The notes below the pieces were generated by a model. It was not told the DNA's origin. It did no database searches and saw only the letters and a program-made list of their open reading frames with translations. From Phoronis australis (taxonomy: Eukaryota > Animalia > Phoronida), in NCBI GenBank assembly GCA_002633005.1, contig NMRA01000054.1, positions 745,674 to 809,673 on the forward strand: a stretch of DNA of 64,000 nt. The letters are read 5' to 3'. Both the position numbers and the translations under genes were made by a program. Numbering within the stretch: position 1 is the first letter of the stretch; each line of letters begins with the position of its first letter. Shown here piece after piece: positions 23,745 through 37,797 of this stretch.

Positions 23745-26144
23745 TTAAACACAATGATAGTTCCGATATGCACCCACAATAGTTAAGCCAGTCGCTGTGA
23801 CGTCCGTCGGGCCCAGAAAAAAAGCGGACTACATACAGCGACCCCTGGATGCGCATTTCAACAAATTCTTTTCCGTGTGTTTCTGATAATACTTTACTGC
23901 AACGGAGACAATCACAAAGGGCTCTGTCGGCCGAAAAATCGAGTACTACACGATACGGCGGGGTATCTTTCTTTGAACCGGCTCATTACTAGCCCATTCA
24001 CATGAGCACCTGCTAGGCATAGCGTAATCACTCGGTGTTGCACTGCAATTCCGATGAAACAATTGGGTGCACCGTTCCGTAGATCAAGTGACGGTGAGGA
24101 AACATTTGATGCGATTACATAGCGTAAAGTTTTGTTTATGATCAGGTGCATGGGAATAGGCATACACGAGTCTTGCCAACCAGAACGTTTTCGTAAGTTA
24201 CTTTATGTTCCACACATTTGCCCTCAAATTACCGGGCATATTTTCTGTCTACCACATGCTTTTTTATTCACATAAAGCACAGAAGTCCACGGTACCAGGC
24301 AAACAAAAGCTGCGGACTCGACATTGCTCGCTGACCGAACGAAAAACGTTTTTTCAACGTAGTATGGCTATAGCTGTTTGAACACTTATTCTAACTGATC
24401 TGATGCGNTCCCGCGTCCGTCCAGTCTCCGCTGTTGTACTTCTATAAGCAGTACATGTTAGTGATATCTTGCAGACGAGTTTCTATCAAGGATGCGACCA
24501 TCCGGAACATCTCTTGGAAGAACAAGACTGACAATGATTTTCGGACGGTTTTCCTCAGCATCGTGACTAAGCCATGAGCATTAATTTGTAAATCGATTAG
24601 GACAGGTTTAGTCACAATCTGGCTCAGGTGACAAAACCCCAAATGTCAGCTTAGGAGTTAGATGGGCTGGAGGGACTCGCGCAAGTGCTCGAAAACTCCT
24701 TTTTTCATCCCTATTGGCGACATCAAGCATGTAAATGCATGGAGATCGAAACTGTTATTTAGAACAACTAATATCGCCAACATAAAGATTGTATACCCAG
24801 AATAGTGTTTGCATTTCGGTGCCAACGCTATGTCCTCCCGCAACGTCCGCCGTCCTGAACGAGTAGACTGTCATGGCGATTAATGGACATGCAGCATTTT
24901 ACTCGAATGGGGATTCATTAGCTGTCATGATAGTCAATGTTTCCTGAGCTGTAGAATATTTCGGCAGTAATTTCACCTGGCACGTTACTTTCTTCTTGTA
25001 TGACTCAATGATGAAAGTTCCCACGTTTTATGTTTGACACACATGTTGAGCAGAAGAGGTGATTGTAAGCAACATCATGGGCCAATCATAGAGAAATCCA
25101 TTTCTGGTACCCGCGGTTGATGGAGATTATACAACTATCAGGGTACCGGAGTAGGAAACCTTTAGCACATAAACAAAAAAGCAAAGTATAATGGTTTAGC
25201 CAAAGTTACAAAGATCTTTATATTAAATCTGATCATGAAAAAGCAGACAATAAATTGTGTTAGCATGCATAATATATTCGTCAGAGTGTTTTCGCAATGT
25301 TTCCACGGGTGTGGAAAAAATAACCACGAAAATTCTGAGGATTTTATTAGCCGTCAAGTGTAACCTAGAATGACGAGTACTTGCATGTTATGCATATGTT
25401 CCGTTTCATCGATACCCTATGTTTGCAAATATGAACAAAAACATAGAAAATTCTCCGTTGAGTGTGAAGAAATGGGGCGAAATTAGCAACTTACCTAAAA
25501 ACATGCACTAAAGGAAATAAAAGTTTTTTGATGACTATGTTTAACTGTACTGCAACGTTCAATTTAAAGCGACATGTTTCAAGAAAATTGTTTTGGCTCA
25601 GGTTTTAGATGGAACCTTTAATTTTGAACACATCGATGTAGTGTGTTCAACTACAAATGATAATACCATGGAACAATGGAGTTCATTGATTGGTTCAAAG
25701 AAAAATCACTGTTGATAACCTGTACTTTGCCCTGTTTAGCCGACTAATAATAAAATCGAATTAGTCCTTTTACTCTCATAAAATTGGTCGTCCAATATTC
25801 CTTACTGTAATAAGATTCTATTTCGTTTTCCAACGAGAAACTTCACTACTTTATGACATCATTCAGATTTGCTTTGAAATTCATTCAGTCAATCTAAAAC
25901 TTACCATGAACGGATTTTTAGCCAAACCGTTTATTAGATTTAGCAACCTATGACATTGGTGAACCTAGAGCGAGGCTCAAAAAGATTGCAGCAACCAAAT
26001 TCACGTGTGTTGCTGCGTTCAAGGTAGGATTTAAGTGGCGAGTGGTCTACTTTTAAAGGCTGGGGAAAGAATGTTATCTGACCTTGTCGACGTCATTATT
26101 TGCACACATTCTTTTTTCCGTTAATTCATCGCATGCCACTATGT

Positions 26145-27010
26145 AGGTAAAGAATGTCATCCGATTTATTTAGTCTTTTTTACCATCTGAATCGGTCTAT
26201 ATCCACATCACCTCGTACCGGTATACGGTAGATCTTACCTCGCATTAACCTGTGAGGAAGGTGAGAAACGACGTAGCGACGTCAGTGGTTCTTCTACAGA
26301 GTGAGTGCCGCTATGGTGTGGTGTAACGTTCCCGCTTGTGCGAACTATGAAGCCGCGGGGAAAGCAGGTATATCATTTTTTCGACTTCCTCGAGGGCCCA
26401 TAATGCTTCGGAAGTGGCTCGCGGTAGTGAAGAGTGAAAAGTACCTCATTAATACCACGTATGAGGCCCTGAAACTTCTCGGTGTCTGTCAGTGGCATGC
26501 ATTTCGTCGGATTGGTTGTTGATTAGTTTTTTGATTATGGAGAATTGTAAACAATGACAATTAATTCAAGGCGTGAGAACATAACGTTTTATATATCCTG
26601 CTTGATGTTTTCGCCAGTTCTTTTTCTGAGCCCTAAAAGAACGTTGTAAGCACGCCTCTGTTTAAATGGGATGCAAAACCAGGATGGTCCGTGAGACACG
26701 TCTGCGCTTCTCCAAGAAAGCGTTTCACTTGCGGAATTTCGTGACACCAAACGCAAACGTCAGTCGCTACCATTATCGCGCAGGTAGCTCAATGACACCA
26801 TGGTCATTCAAACTGTTTTCGGAACCATACATATGTTCCGTTGTCTGTGCACGTTCAAGGAGCCCTCTCTATTATTTCTTGATCAGTGTATTCCTGTGAG
26901 ACCTAGTTTGCGTCGGGACTGCGAGTTGCCACGTTGACGTTTATTATTTGTGGGTTCTATTTCAAAATGAATTATTCTCACCCTAACCAATGCTTGTATA
27001 AAACTGAAAC
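26145..27010 (+). mobile_element. Second copy of the THAP-bearing Kolobok-type element
   Basis: MVWCNVPACANYEAAGKAGISFFRLPRGPIMLRKWL...VCQWH (C2CH THAP pattern) at 26313-26510; flanks match 23100-23744 reverse-complemented. Confidence 0.75.
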
Positions 27011-27687
27011 ACTTGTGATGCCACTGTGACGTCAGAAAAAAAACAAAGGTGCACCGGCTTGTGTATAGTACAGGCTCTTGAATTTATCTGTAGCTCCTCA
27101 TATCCACCACTGGCACTAACACTCACTTTATCAAGTTATGTCTGTTTGTTTGTTTTGGATAATTGGGAAATCCGTCTGCCTAAGGTCTACGGCACGTTTT
27201 CCAGTGGCCTTTTTGTGTATTTGAAGGGCACTAGGAATTAAGACATTGATATTTCAAGCCAACCTACTACTGACACATAAAATTAACAAGGCTACAGTTC
27301 ACTCTTCAAAAAAGAACATACTGGGTGAGTAATAACGTCCATCGTATTAACATTTACACAGCATTTGCATCTTCCACATAGCTCTTGCGGAATGAGCACC
27401 CTTTTGACGTCGTATAAGAACGATCGTTTTATAATTAGAAAAGGAGCACAACAGACACAATTTTTGGCACAAGACCTGCACGTGTTTGAAAAAAAATAAC
27501 ATACATATATTTGAACCGTATTTACGAAAAAAGTTTCAGCGCAACTACCAATTTAACTTTGCCAGGAACCTACCTTCCGCCAAGAACACTTCTAATTTAG
27601 ACCAAGTAACGTCATAACTGACTGGATTCGAATAGCCATCAAGAAGAGATTTCAGGAGTTGGGAATAACTTCAAGTTTTACATTGCT

Positions 27688-29377
27688 TGAGAACGCCGGA
27701 AATCGCTTTGAAAAACTAATATGTCGAGATCACACTTGTAATGATAAGTGGTCTAGATCGGTTTTTGTTTTTTTACACAAACATCCTGTAACGTTCAGCT
27801 GCTCTCTGGCGACAAAAAAAATCTCGCCAAAATCATGCGTTCTCATTTAGAATGAACGATAACATCTGACGTAATCTCGCGAAGTCTTGCTTTTTAGCGA
27901 CGGAGGTCTTCGGGTAGGTGCTACAGTTACTAAACACTTCCCGGGTTCGTAGCAACTTAAATATCTTAGTATACTACAGAACGGTGATCAGTGAACCAAC
28001 AACGACAAACTGTAACCCTAAATATCAAAAAAATTAGTTAAACAAATAATACTTATATAAAAACAGGCAACATTTCAACATCTTAAAATTACAATATTGA
28101 TAGTATAGTATAGTAGAGGTAACATACATGCAATAATTTGATAATTAAAGTTAAGACAATCTACTGCATATTCTAATATGGTGGACAGCAGCTCCATCTT
28201 CATCATAGGCACAGAGCAAATGCAGAACAGTGGATCACGTTCCTCTGCAGCACTTTATACCTCCTCAGATATGCGTTGTTTCTTACGACATGCTGTAACG
28301 AAGTAATAGTGCGACCTCTTCCTGCAACGGAGAAACCCGTTTCAATTTACTTTTAAATGTCAATTTCGCGTATGGAAGCGAACATGAGCTACAACACCTC
28401 ATAGTGTCACAAGACCCCATAACTTTCGCAGCCCCCACAGGTTCACAACACCACATAACTTCCACAGCACCCCACAGGCTCGCAACACCACATAACTTCC
28501 ACAACACCCCACAGGCTTGCAACACCACATAACTTCCACAACACCCCACAGGNTGAGAACGCCGGAAATCGCTTTGAAAAACTAATATGTCGAGATCACA
28601 CTTGTAATGATAAGTGGTCTAGATCGGTTTTTGTTTTTTTACACAAACATCCTGCCTGGCGACAAAAAAATCTCGCCAAAATCATGCGTTCTCATTTAGA
28701 ATGAACGATAACATCTGACGTAATCTCGCGAAGTCTTGCTTTTTAGCGACGGAGGTCTTCGGGTAGGTGCTAGAGTTACTAAACACTTCCCGGGTTCGTA
28801 GCAACTTAAATATCTTAGTATACTACAGAACGGTGATCAGTGAACCAACAACGACAAACTGTAACCCTAAATACCAAAAAATTAGTTAAATAAACAATAC
28901 TTATATAAAAACCGGCAACATTTCAACATCTTAAAATTACAATATTGATAGTATAGTATAGTAGAGGTAACATACATGCAATAATTTGATAATTAAAGTT
29001 AAGACAATCTACTGCATATTCTTCATCATAGGCACAGAGCAAATGCAGAACAGTGGATCACGTTCCTCTGCAGCACTTTATACCTCCTCAGATATGCGTT
29101 GTTTCTTACGACATGCTGTAACGAAGTAATAGTGCGACCTCTTCCTGCAACGGAGACACCCGTTTCAATTTACTTTTAAATGTCAATTTCGCGTATGGAA
29201 GCGAACATGAGCTACAACACCTCATAGTGTCACAAGACCCCATAACTTTCGCAGCCCCCAAAGGTTCACAACACCACATAACTTCCACAGCACCCCACAG
29301 GCTCGCAACACCACATAACTTCCACAACACCCCACAGGCTTGCAACACCACATAACTTCCACAACACCCCACAGGTT
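27688..29377. repeat. ~0.85-kb tandem duplication joined at a single N (28553); probable uncollapsed haplotypes
   Basis: 27688-28552 vs 28554-~29377 are near-identical with small indels. Confidence 0.85.
29078..29144 (-). CDS. Terminal cytoplasmic-tail exon (duplicate copy at 28255-28321)
   Basis: cag| phase 2 gives RKRSHYYFVTACRKKQRISEEV*; basic residues follow the TM segment. Confidence 0.6.
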
Positions 29378-29475
29378 CGCAACACCACGTAACTTCCACA
29401 ACACCCCACAGGTTCACAACACCAAGTAACTTCCACAACACCCCACAAGCTCGCAACACCACATAACTTCCTCAA
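29250..29475. repeat. ~37-bp minisatellite (CAACACCACATAACTTCCACAACACCCCACAGGTTCG)n; also at 28430-28552
   Basis: About 6 imperfect tandem units; source of the spurious Cys/Val-rich ORFs. Confidence 0.85.
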
Positions 29476-30532
29476 CATCAAACAACTGGGCCCGGGGTCA
29501 AATCTTTTTATTTGAAATCGAAATTATTTTTGTCTCCTGTTCTAGTGTTTGATGAACTGAAAATAAGTGTCTATTATTATATACTCGAGTGCATAATGGC
29601 TTACGTGGACAACTTTCTAAAGCTTAGCTTGCACTTGCTGACCAGAAGCATAAAGGCAAGAAGTTCGAGTACGATTTCGTAATTTCGAGTTTTTACTCGA
29701 GTTTGTAGCACGAATGTAGAGGTCATCAAGTGCAAACGTGAGAAAAAACTTATATGCATGAAATATATTGTACTCGAGCACAGACCAATATATAGCCACT
29801 TATCTCGAGTTCGCACAAATTAAAGTAGAATAGGAAATGCCGTGTTCAATTTGAAGTAAAGATTAGACCCTGGACCCAGAAAAGTCGAATATTTTCTGGT
29901 GTCCATGAGGAATTCTGGCCTCGTCAATATCTTTTGCAGATTTTTAACGTTTACCAGTTACGATGCACTTAACACACCCTTGTAACTTATCTAACAGCAA
30001 AGCGTTAGGCTGCGACCGCAGGGATTCCGATTTCCATTCAGCGCTGGGGCTGATCTATAAACAGTGTGACGAATATAAGCTAAGCATATGGGCCTGAATG
30101 TGAGCATGTTCCATACTTAAAAAATACAGGTAGTTTTATACACGTGGACCTGCTTAAAGGGACGTAATCGGTTGTACTGACGAAAAACTCCGGGTATTAT
30201 TGTTTGATGGGATAGACTTCAGTTGTTAGCTTTGAACAGAGCTACATTCAACATAATCCCTTGTTTTGCGATTTTATCAAAAATCACCAATTCTCGCAGC
30301 TGTCTGCCAGCCCTTCGCCGAAATCAAAGCCGGTGACTTAAAATACGTCATTCGAGTACGGTTTAGTTCCGCCAACAAACAGTTGGCCTACGACCTTGAG
30401 GGTGTGAGGGAAATAGGGACTGATTTCTAGCCGATAGTATCACTTTAATTATTCTTTTACCAGGTTCTCTTCAGATTGACAAAACATTAGAATCTCTGTT
30501 GACCCCACACTTGAAAAAGTTGAAAACCATAC

Positions 30533-30611
30533 CTGATGTAACAAAGAACTCCAATTACAACCAATAAAATCAAGATCAAAACACCAGAAACTGTGAGTCC
30601 AATCTGTACAG
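30533..30611 (-). CDS. Transmembrane exon of the C-type lectin/mucin gene
   Basis: cag|SVQIGLTVSGVLILILLVVIGVLCYIR|gtatg. Confidence 0.82.
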
Positions 30612-30688
30612 CTGAAATAAATGATGAACGGCAAATGAATGCTTCTAACTTTGAACAACTTGTCTCACACCAACAATTATTATCATAC

Positions 30689-30845
30689 CACTGGGAAATT
30701 AATTTTTTCCATCTAAACACCATTAAATACCTGTAGAAACTTTCAACATCTGCCTTTCCCGAAGAAGACATCAGGGAAGGCAGATATCGAAAATTTCTGC
30801 AGGTATTTAACGCGTTTTGGACGAAAAAGAATTAATTTCCCAGTG
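30689..30845. repeat. ~157-bp imperfect palindrome (hairpin MITE-like)
   Basis: CACTGGGAAATTAATT...TCTGCCTTTCCC-loop-GGGAAGGCAGA...AATTAATTTCCCAGTG. Confidence 0.75.
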
Positions 30846-31594
30846 TCAATTGTTATTCACCGTCCCGACGAAACTGTTTGAAAACGAGGCACATTACAAA
30901 AAACGACAACCAATTAGGAACATTCGAAAAAAAAAAAAAAATAACGTTAAATGACAATTGAAAGCTGCTTTAGCTTTGTTTAGCTTTCACTGTAAGGTTA
31001 TGTGGAACCCTCGAGAAATCTGGAACACCATATCACAGTAATGGCTGATCGGGTTCACATGAAACTTTCAGATACCATTGTACTGTTCTACAAAAATCTT
31101 TTAGGAATTGTTTTTAGAAGTTTCCACTTTTTATTAGGGACTTTTAACATCAGTTAACAGTAGACTGGTATCAAATCAAAAATCGAATTAAACAGGCTTT
31201 CTATTTTCAAAAAATAAATACTTCTACTGTGTAATAATGTGTAGTTATAGTTCTGCATGTTCTTTTTGGTAGTCGAAAACAAGTCCTATCATGTTACTAA
31301 GTAATTTCATAAGGTTGGTAGAGAACACATAGATTAATTCTAATTAACAAAACCAAGCAAAAACGCTGTACCTTGACAGTTTCGGCTACTAACAACAGTC
31401 ATCTTTGGCGTGGTGATGACACTATTCCAAATTTTAGACAATTTATGCCCCCCCCCCATCGTCTCTGTTCATAACTGAGTCACTTTTTCTCACCCAAATA
31501 GACTCTCTAATCCGTCTAAATCTGACACCATGTGGTTATCTCAAGTGGTCAATCAACAAGAAACCTTGCAATTCAATGATTACCCAACTGTATA

Positions 31595-33088
31595 TAGTCG
31601 GTGGGCCAGATTTTGTAGGGCCTCTAGAAAATGGTTTTTGTGAGTACTTTAGGGGGGGGGCAATTTTATTTTGGTGTTTTTTAATTCATTTATTAGAGTG
31701 TTTTCAAAATCTAAAAAGTTCCCACACATAAAGTTGCACATTTTTGAGAAATTTGAGTTTGAAGTTACCTAATAATCACCAAAGAGCTTAGTAAACTTAT
31801 ATTTGTAAAAACAACAGTTTTGGTGACTTTTTTGTAAAACAAGTAATATGGTCCCATCAGTGCCATTGTATTGAACAATATTACACTCACATTACATGTT
31901 TTACTATTGTAAATTAATTGTAAACAGTGAAATTTAAAAAACNNNNNNNNNNNNNNNNNNNNNNNNNNNNNNNNNNNNNNNNNNNNNNNNNNNNNNNNNN
32001 NNNNNNNNNNNNNNNNNNNNNNNNNNNNNNNNNNNNNNNNNNNNNNNNNNNNNNNNNNNNNNNNNNNNNNNNNNNNNNNNNNNNNNNNNNNNNNNNNNNN
32101 NNNNNNNNNNNNNNNNNNNNNNNNNNNNNNNNNNNNNNNNNNNNNNNNNNNNNNNNNNNNNNNNNNNNNNNNNNNNNNNNNNNNNNNNNNNNNNNNNNNN
32201 NNNNNNNNNNNNNNNNNNNNNNNNNNNNNNNNNNNNNNNNNNNNNNNNNNNNNNNNNNNNNNNNNNNNNNNNNNNNNNNNNNNNNNNNNNNNNNNNNNNN
32301 NNNNNNNNNNNNNNNNNNNNNNNNNNNNNNNNNNNNNNNNNNNNNNNNNNNNNNNNNNNNNNNNNNNNNNNNNNNNNNNNNNNNNNNNNNNNNNNNNNNN
32401 NNNNNNNNNNNNNNNNNNNNNNNNNNNNNNNNNNNNNNNNNNNNNNNNNNNNNNNNNNNNNNNNNNNNNNNNNNNNNNNNNNNNNNNNNNNNNNNNNNNN
32501 NNNNNNNNNNNNNNNNNNNNNNNNNNNNNNNNNNNNNNNNNNNNNNNNNNNNNNNNNNNNNNNNNNNNNNNNNNNNNNNNNNNNNNNNNNNNNNNNNNNN
32601 NNNNNNNNNNNNNNNNNNNNNNNNNNNNNNNNNNNNNNNNNNNNNNNNNNNNNNNNNNNNNNNNNNNNNNNNNNNNNNNNNNNNNNNNNNNNNNNNNNNN
32701 NNNNNNNNNNNNNNNNNNNNNNNNNNNNNNNNNNNNNNNNNNNNNNNNNNNNNNNNNNNNNNNNNNNNNNNNNNNNNNNNNNNNNNNNNNNNNNNNNNNN
32801 NNNNNNNNNNNNNNNNNNNNNNNNNNNNNNNNNNNNNNNNNNNNNNNNNNNNNNNNNNNNNNNNNNNNNNNNNNNNCAATTCAATAGAAAAGCGCCATCA
32901 AGTGGCAGGAATGTGCATCATATTTTGTGCAACAAAAACACCTTTTTTTAAAAAATGTGCAAGTGTAGACGTGGGAATTTTTTGGAATTTGATTTATAGG
33001 TATATTATCTAGCCACATAGAAAAAACTAGGTTGCCCCCCCCAAAGTACTCACAAGGATGAACGCTATGAGATCTGGCCCACCGACTA
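31595..33088. mobile_element. Tc1/mariner-like non-autonomous element spanning a gap
   Basis: TIRs AGTCGGTGGGCCAGAT...GTGAGTACTTT-G-run and its reverse complement at 33030-33088, in TA-rich flanks. Confidence 0.6.
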
Positions 33089-35163
33089 ATAGAGAATGAA
33101 TCGGAGAAAGCTTCCTACTTCGAAGCTCACGTTTTTTAGTTAAAATATTGATATTTTTACTTGCTAATTTTGAAAATTTTCTTCAATTTCTATTATTAGC
33201 TTGTCACTTAGTAACAACTCGGCAAATAATCTGCTTCAAATTTGCGTATTTTGCCAGGTTTTGCGTACTACATGCCAAATTTCCGTGCGAATCCGCATTC
33301 TTTTGCGTGCGATACACAGGTCTGATTTAGTGAATAGAAAGCGTTATAAATTATAAGTAATAAGATGTGCTTAAAGCTATAGATGTATTGATTAAGGACA
33401 AAAAATGGACAATTGTTACATTAAGACAAACAAATCGCATTTCTTTGCAAATTCAATATTTTTATGTCGACGGCTGTTGCTTTACGAGAAAAAAATGAAA
33501 AATGTAAAAGAAGAATATGAGTCTTTTGCGTCAATGATGGGTCCTTTACAATTGAATTGATTTTCACTGCTACTTTCCAAGAAAGAATTGATGTTTCCGA
33601 CAAATGATGCTATGAAACCTTTTTTTCTTCTTTTTTAAATATTCAGTCCTAATCCACGATCACTGCGAATTGCTGAATATAATTATAGAAAATATATTGT
33701 TAAGAGTGTGGTTAAAGGGTGCAGTAGCTGGACAGGAATTTCACCGTCTGAAGTCAACGCTAATCAATTAAAGCGTTTGAGGATCTAGAAAAGTACATGT
33801 ATTTTTTTGTTAAAGAGAAAAAAACGAATTTCTACCAAAGTGGGAGTGGAATATTCCAGTCAGTTGCCTGTTTTAAAAGATGTTTTCATAAAAATTGACT
33901 CCGTGATCAAAGTTGCATATCTGTCACTGCACACAATGAACTGTAATTGTTTGATTAAAATTCGCATCTCGGGATCGATGATCAATAAAGTTTTCGAGGG
34001 GTCCTAGGACAAAAAGTGCGCTGACCTCTGTCAATTTTTTTACAAAAGCAGAAACCACTTAAGGGGGTGTGACAGTTTTAATTTAGCTTTAACTTATTGA
34101 AAAAAATCACGTGGTATTTCGCTCTTTACACACTACAAATCTGCATAAAATGTGGTCATCCAATTAATTTTTCCGTTACATCCGCCTAATCAGAGGCACC
34201 TCTGACAAAATGTGAAATTTACATAGGTTATTCAAAAAACTACCCATAATTAAATTAAAAATTAAGTTCTTTGAAAGCGGGTTGATTTCATTGCAAGATT
34301 TCTGTTTTATACTTTAACGGCTTTAATTATATTTCCAAGTTTACTGATTTTCTACTGTCGGTGTAAGTAAACGTTATTTCTGGATTTTGAGTGCGTACCT
34401 TAAATTTCAGCGTTTTGGCCGTTACACAAAGTCATACCGTTATTTTTTGTTTTATCGTGATGTCGTCATGTTTTCCATGAAGTAAAAAAATTGGACGCTC
34501 ACCGACTTCGTTTTTAATCTATTGTAGCTCAGACAGAGACACATAAGAATGCTCAATTTGACCCTCACAAAAACGTGCTTTGTTATGATCACGATTGCTC
34601 CGCTGCATTTTCCTAGGATGCGATTATGCCACGTTTTTGGAATTGTAAATTTAGGTTAAATGACGTGAACAATCTCAGTCAAGAAGTTTCTTCGTAAATA
34701 AATTAAAAATTGACGTTTGAATTAACTCAAACTAAGTCTACACTTGAGTTTGCCTATTGTTTCGTATGAAACCATTTGATAGTGGAATTTGACGTCGCGC
34801 ACTATAATTATAGGCAAACATAACAACACGCTCAACACAAAATCGACGTTTTAAAAATTAAAAAACTTTTTATTTGAAACAAAAAATCACATTCAAATAT
34901 TTTATAAGTTAAAGTCGTAAAACAATGACTGCTTTGCGGCTTTTTGGCAAACTGTGTCAAACCCGCTCAATTAAATATTGGAACAAGCTGAAACTGGTTT
35001 TTAAGGCTGTAAGTTTTAGTGTAAATGAAAAGTTAAGTTTTTGACGGTTTGTAATAGTAATTGGGCCCACTTTGATGTCCCGTCGACAATGAAACAAACT
35101 GAATTCTTATGATTGATTTTGATTTGTTTATGGTATTTTTGTCTTAATTAGAACAAAACTTAC

Positions 35164-37797
35164 ACTTTTGCTTTATGGCATTTGCTCGAGTAGCCGACTT
35201 CACTGCAGGAATATCAATTTGCGAAGTCACAACACGGGTGCTAGAACCAACCTCTGTGAAATTCCAGGTGACTCCTTCGGAGATTGTTTTTGGAGGTATT
35301 GATGGCAAAGTTGGGTTGCTGACAGTTTCTGGCAGGATTGGTAATGTCCGTTTGCCAGGATTCTCCACGACGCCACTTCCGTCTATTTCCGAGATGCCAT
35401 CCTTTTCCTCCTCTGTCTCCATACTAGCGGTCTGTCTAGTTACAAACCTCACAGACGAAATGTTTGCATCTCTGGTACTTGTCCTTGTCGAACGTATCTG
35501 AATTGCTTGCGTATTGGTGGAGGTAGGATTGTTACTTTTCATTGAAATATCATGTGCTCTAGACGTAATTTCAGTAAATCTGCCAGAGCTGGCATCGTTT
35601 GCAACTTGTTTTGGGGGCCAACGTAAAATACTTGTACTTGTCGTCGCAGTCATACGCGCTCCAGGAGTAGCTTGCGTACCTTGGGTTTTTCGCAAATTAT
35701 CTTGTTCTGTTACAAAAGTTATACTTTGTGGTGTTTTCACAATCATTTCTTCATGATCAGAAGAATGGTTACGTCCTTGCGCTTCATCGTCCAAGATTGA
35801 GTCGACCCATTTGTGCGAAGTGGTTTTGACAGCAACTTGTTTTGTCGACGTCAAAGCGACTGTGTTCTTGGGAAAAGGTAAAATTCTTGTGCTTTTCGCC
35901 GTAGTCCCTCGAGCTGTAAGATTGGCTTGCGTAACTTGGGATTTTTGAGAGCTAAATTCATCTGCTACAAAAGTTATAGTTCTTGGTGTTTCGTTCAGAA
36001 TCGCACCGTTCTCAGAAGCGCGATTTTGTTTGTGCTTTGTTACATGGCCCAAGAATAAGTTAGTCCATTTGTGCGAAGTGAGTTTGCCAGCAACTTGTTT
36101 TGTTGTCGTCAAAGCGACTGCGTTCTGGGGAAAAGGTAAAATTCTTGTGCTTTTCGTTGAAGTCACAAGCGCTCTAACAGTAGCTTGAGAGCTAAATTCT
36201 TCTGTTACAAAAGTGATACTTCTCGATGTTTCGTTCAGAATTACACTATGATCAGAAGAGTGATTTTGTATGCGTGTTGTTACATTTCCCGAGCTTAATT
36301 CGGTCCATTTGTTCTCAGTGGAATTGCCAGCAACATGTCTTGTCAACGGCAAACCCACTGTTTTTTGGGTAAAAGGTAAAATGCTCGAGGTTCTTGTCGT
36401 AGTCACATGCCCTCCGGGATTAGGTTGCGTGGTCAGAGATCTGTGCAAGCTAACATCGCCTGTTACAAAAGTGATACTTCTTGGTGTTTCTTCCATAACT
36501 ACCTCGTTGTCAGAAGAGCGATTTTGTCTGTGCTTTGTCACATGACCCAAGAAGTTAGTCCATTTGTGAGACGTAGGTTTGCCAGCAACTTGTCTTGTTG
36601 ACGTCAAAGCAAAAGAATAGTTATGCACTGGAGACGTATCCAAATTTAGATAATTAACTTCTTCAGATGTTACCGCAGTCTTGTCGCTTGAGATATGGCT
36701 AACCGTTGACCAACGCGCTTTCGTTGGCAAGTTTTTCGTTGTTAATAACTCGAAATGAGTTACAGGTGATTGTTGTCCTTCACTTGGCGTTCCAATCTTG
36801 TCAGCTGTTAAATCGTCTGGTAAAGTACGTATGGGTGAAGTCTGTTCTCTTGCCCACTTTGATTTTGGAGAGTTGGTCTTTTCTGAAGGCGAATTGGTGG
36901 TGTTCGGCAACGTACGTGTACGGACAGTTGTGTTTGTATTGAAGACAGCGTCTGGACGACTTGTCGCATTAACAAAAGCTGTTGTTTCATATTGCCCACT
37001 TCTTTTCGTGAGAACATTTCCTATTGTTCGACCAGCACCACTGTCCAAAAGAGCAGTTTTGGTCTTGACAGTTTCTTTCTCATGAACTAACTCTTCTCCG
37101 GTGGTTTGTGGAGATTCAGATGATGTCGTTTCTTCTGAACTGAGATGCCGAAACGTGTCTTTCAGTGACTGGGTCGTATTCTGGAGTTGTTGTCCGGCGT
37201 GTACGATCTTCATTACAGATAATGTAACGGGCCTAGTGGTTTGGATCCTCGCTGGCGAGGGTGGAACACCTCTACCAGGAATTTGTGAAACTATCCGACC
37301 GTTTACGTGATTATGTCGTTTTGTCGTAATAGCGGGTGCACTCGACGACGCCAACGAGTGGGTGCTTAGTGATTTCAGAGCAGAAGACCGTACTGTTGTA
37401 AAAACGTCAGTCGCAAAGTTTACGTTTTCTTCAATGCTCGTTACAACTGAGCGTTGACTCTGTAATGTCGTCTGCTCTTTAGGCGACGTAGAACTTGTGG
37501 TAGTGAATTTCATTTTTCTAACCACCGATTCAACAACCTGAACCGTTGCATGATTACTTTTTGGTGAGTAACGGTCCTTTACGGTATCAGGATGGCGTGA
37601 TAGCTTGCTAACGAATCTTCGATTTGTTTGAAAAGCCAATGACGATGACGATGATCTTGTTGTTGATAATATGGAACTATTATGCCTATCTATCCCCATC
37701 GTTACAAGTAGAACGGGTGTTGTGGCTTCAGTATCTACTTTTGACTTCATGGCAGTCGTAGATGGTTTAGATGGAACAAGAGTTTGCTGCAAAGGAT
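35164..37797 (-). CDS. 2.6-kb exon encoding a Ser/Thr-rich mucin-like stalk with internal repeats
   Basis: Uninterrupted 882-codon ORF; cag| acceptor at 37798 and |gtaag donor at 35163, both phase 1. Confidence 0.88.

Noticed and set aside
24200-25160. Coding-looking minus-strand stretch between ALP and the lectin gene
   Set aside because: All frames I tried are interrupted and no recognisable motif emerged; cannot support a gene call
28283-29481. Cys/Val/Trp-rich ORFs and a CRISPR-like periodicity
   Set aside because: These are translations of a ~37-bp tandem minisatellite; there are no unique spacers, no cas genes and the context is eukaryotic
35175-37310. Several plus-strand ORFs opposite the mucin exon
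   Set aside because: Antisense shadows of a Thr/Ser-biased coding exon
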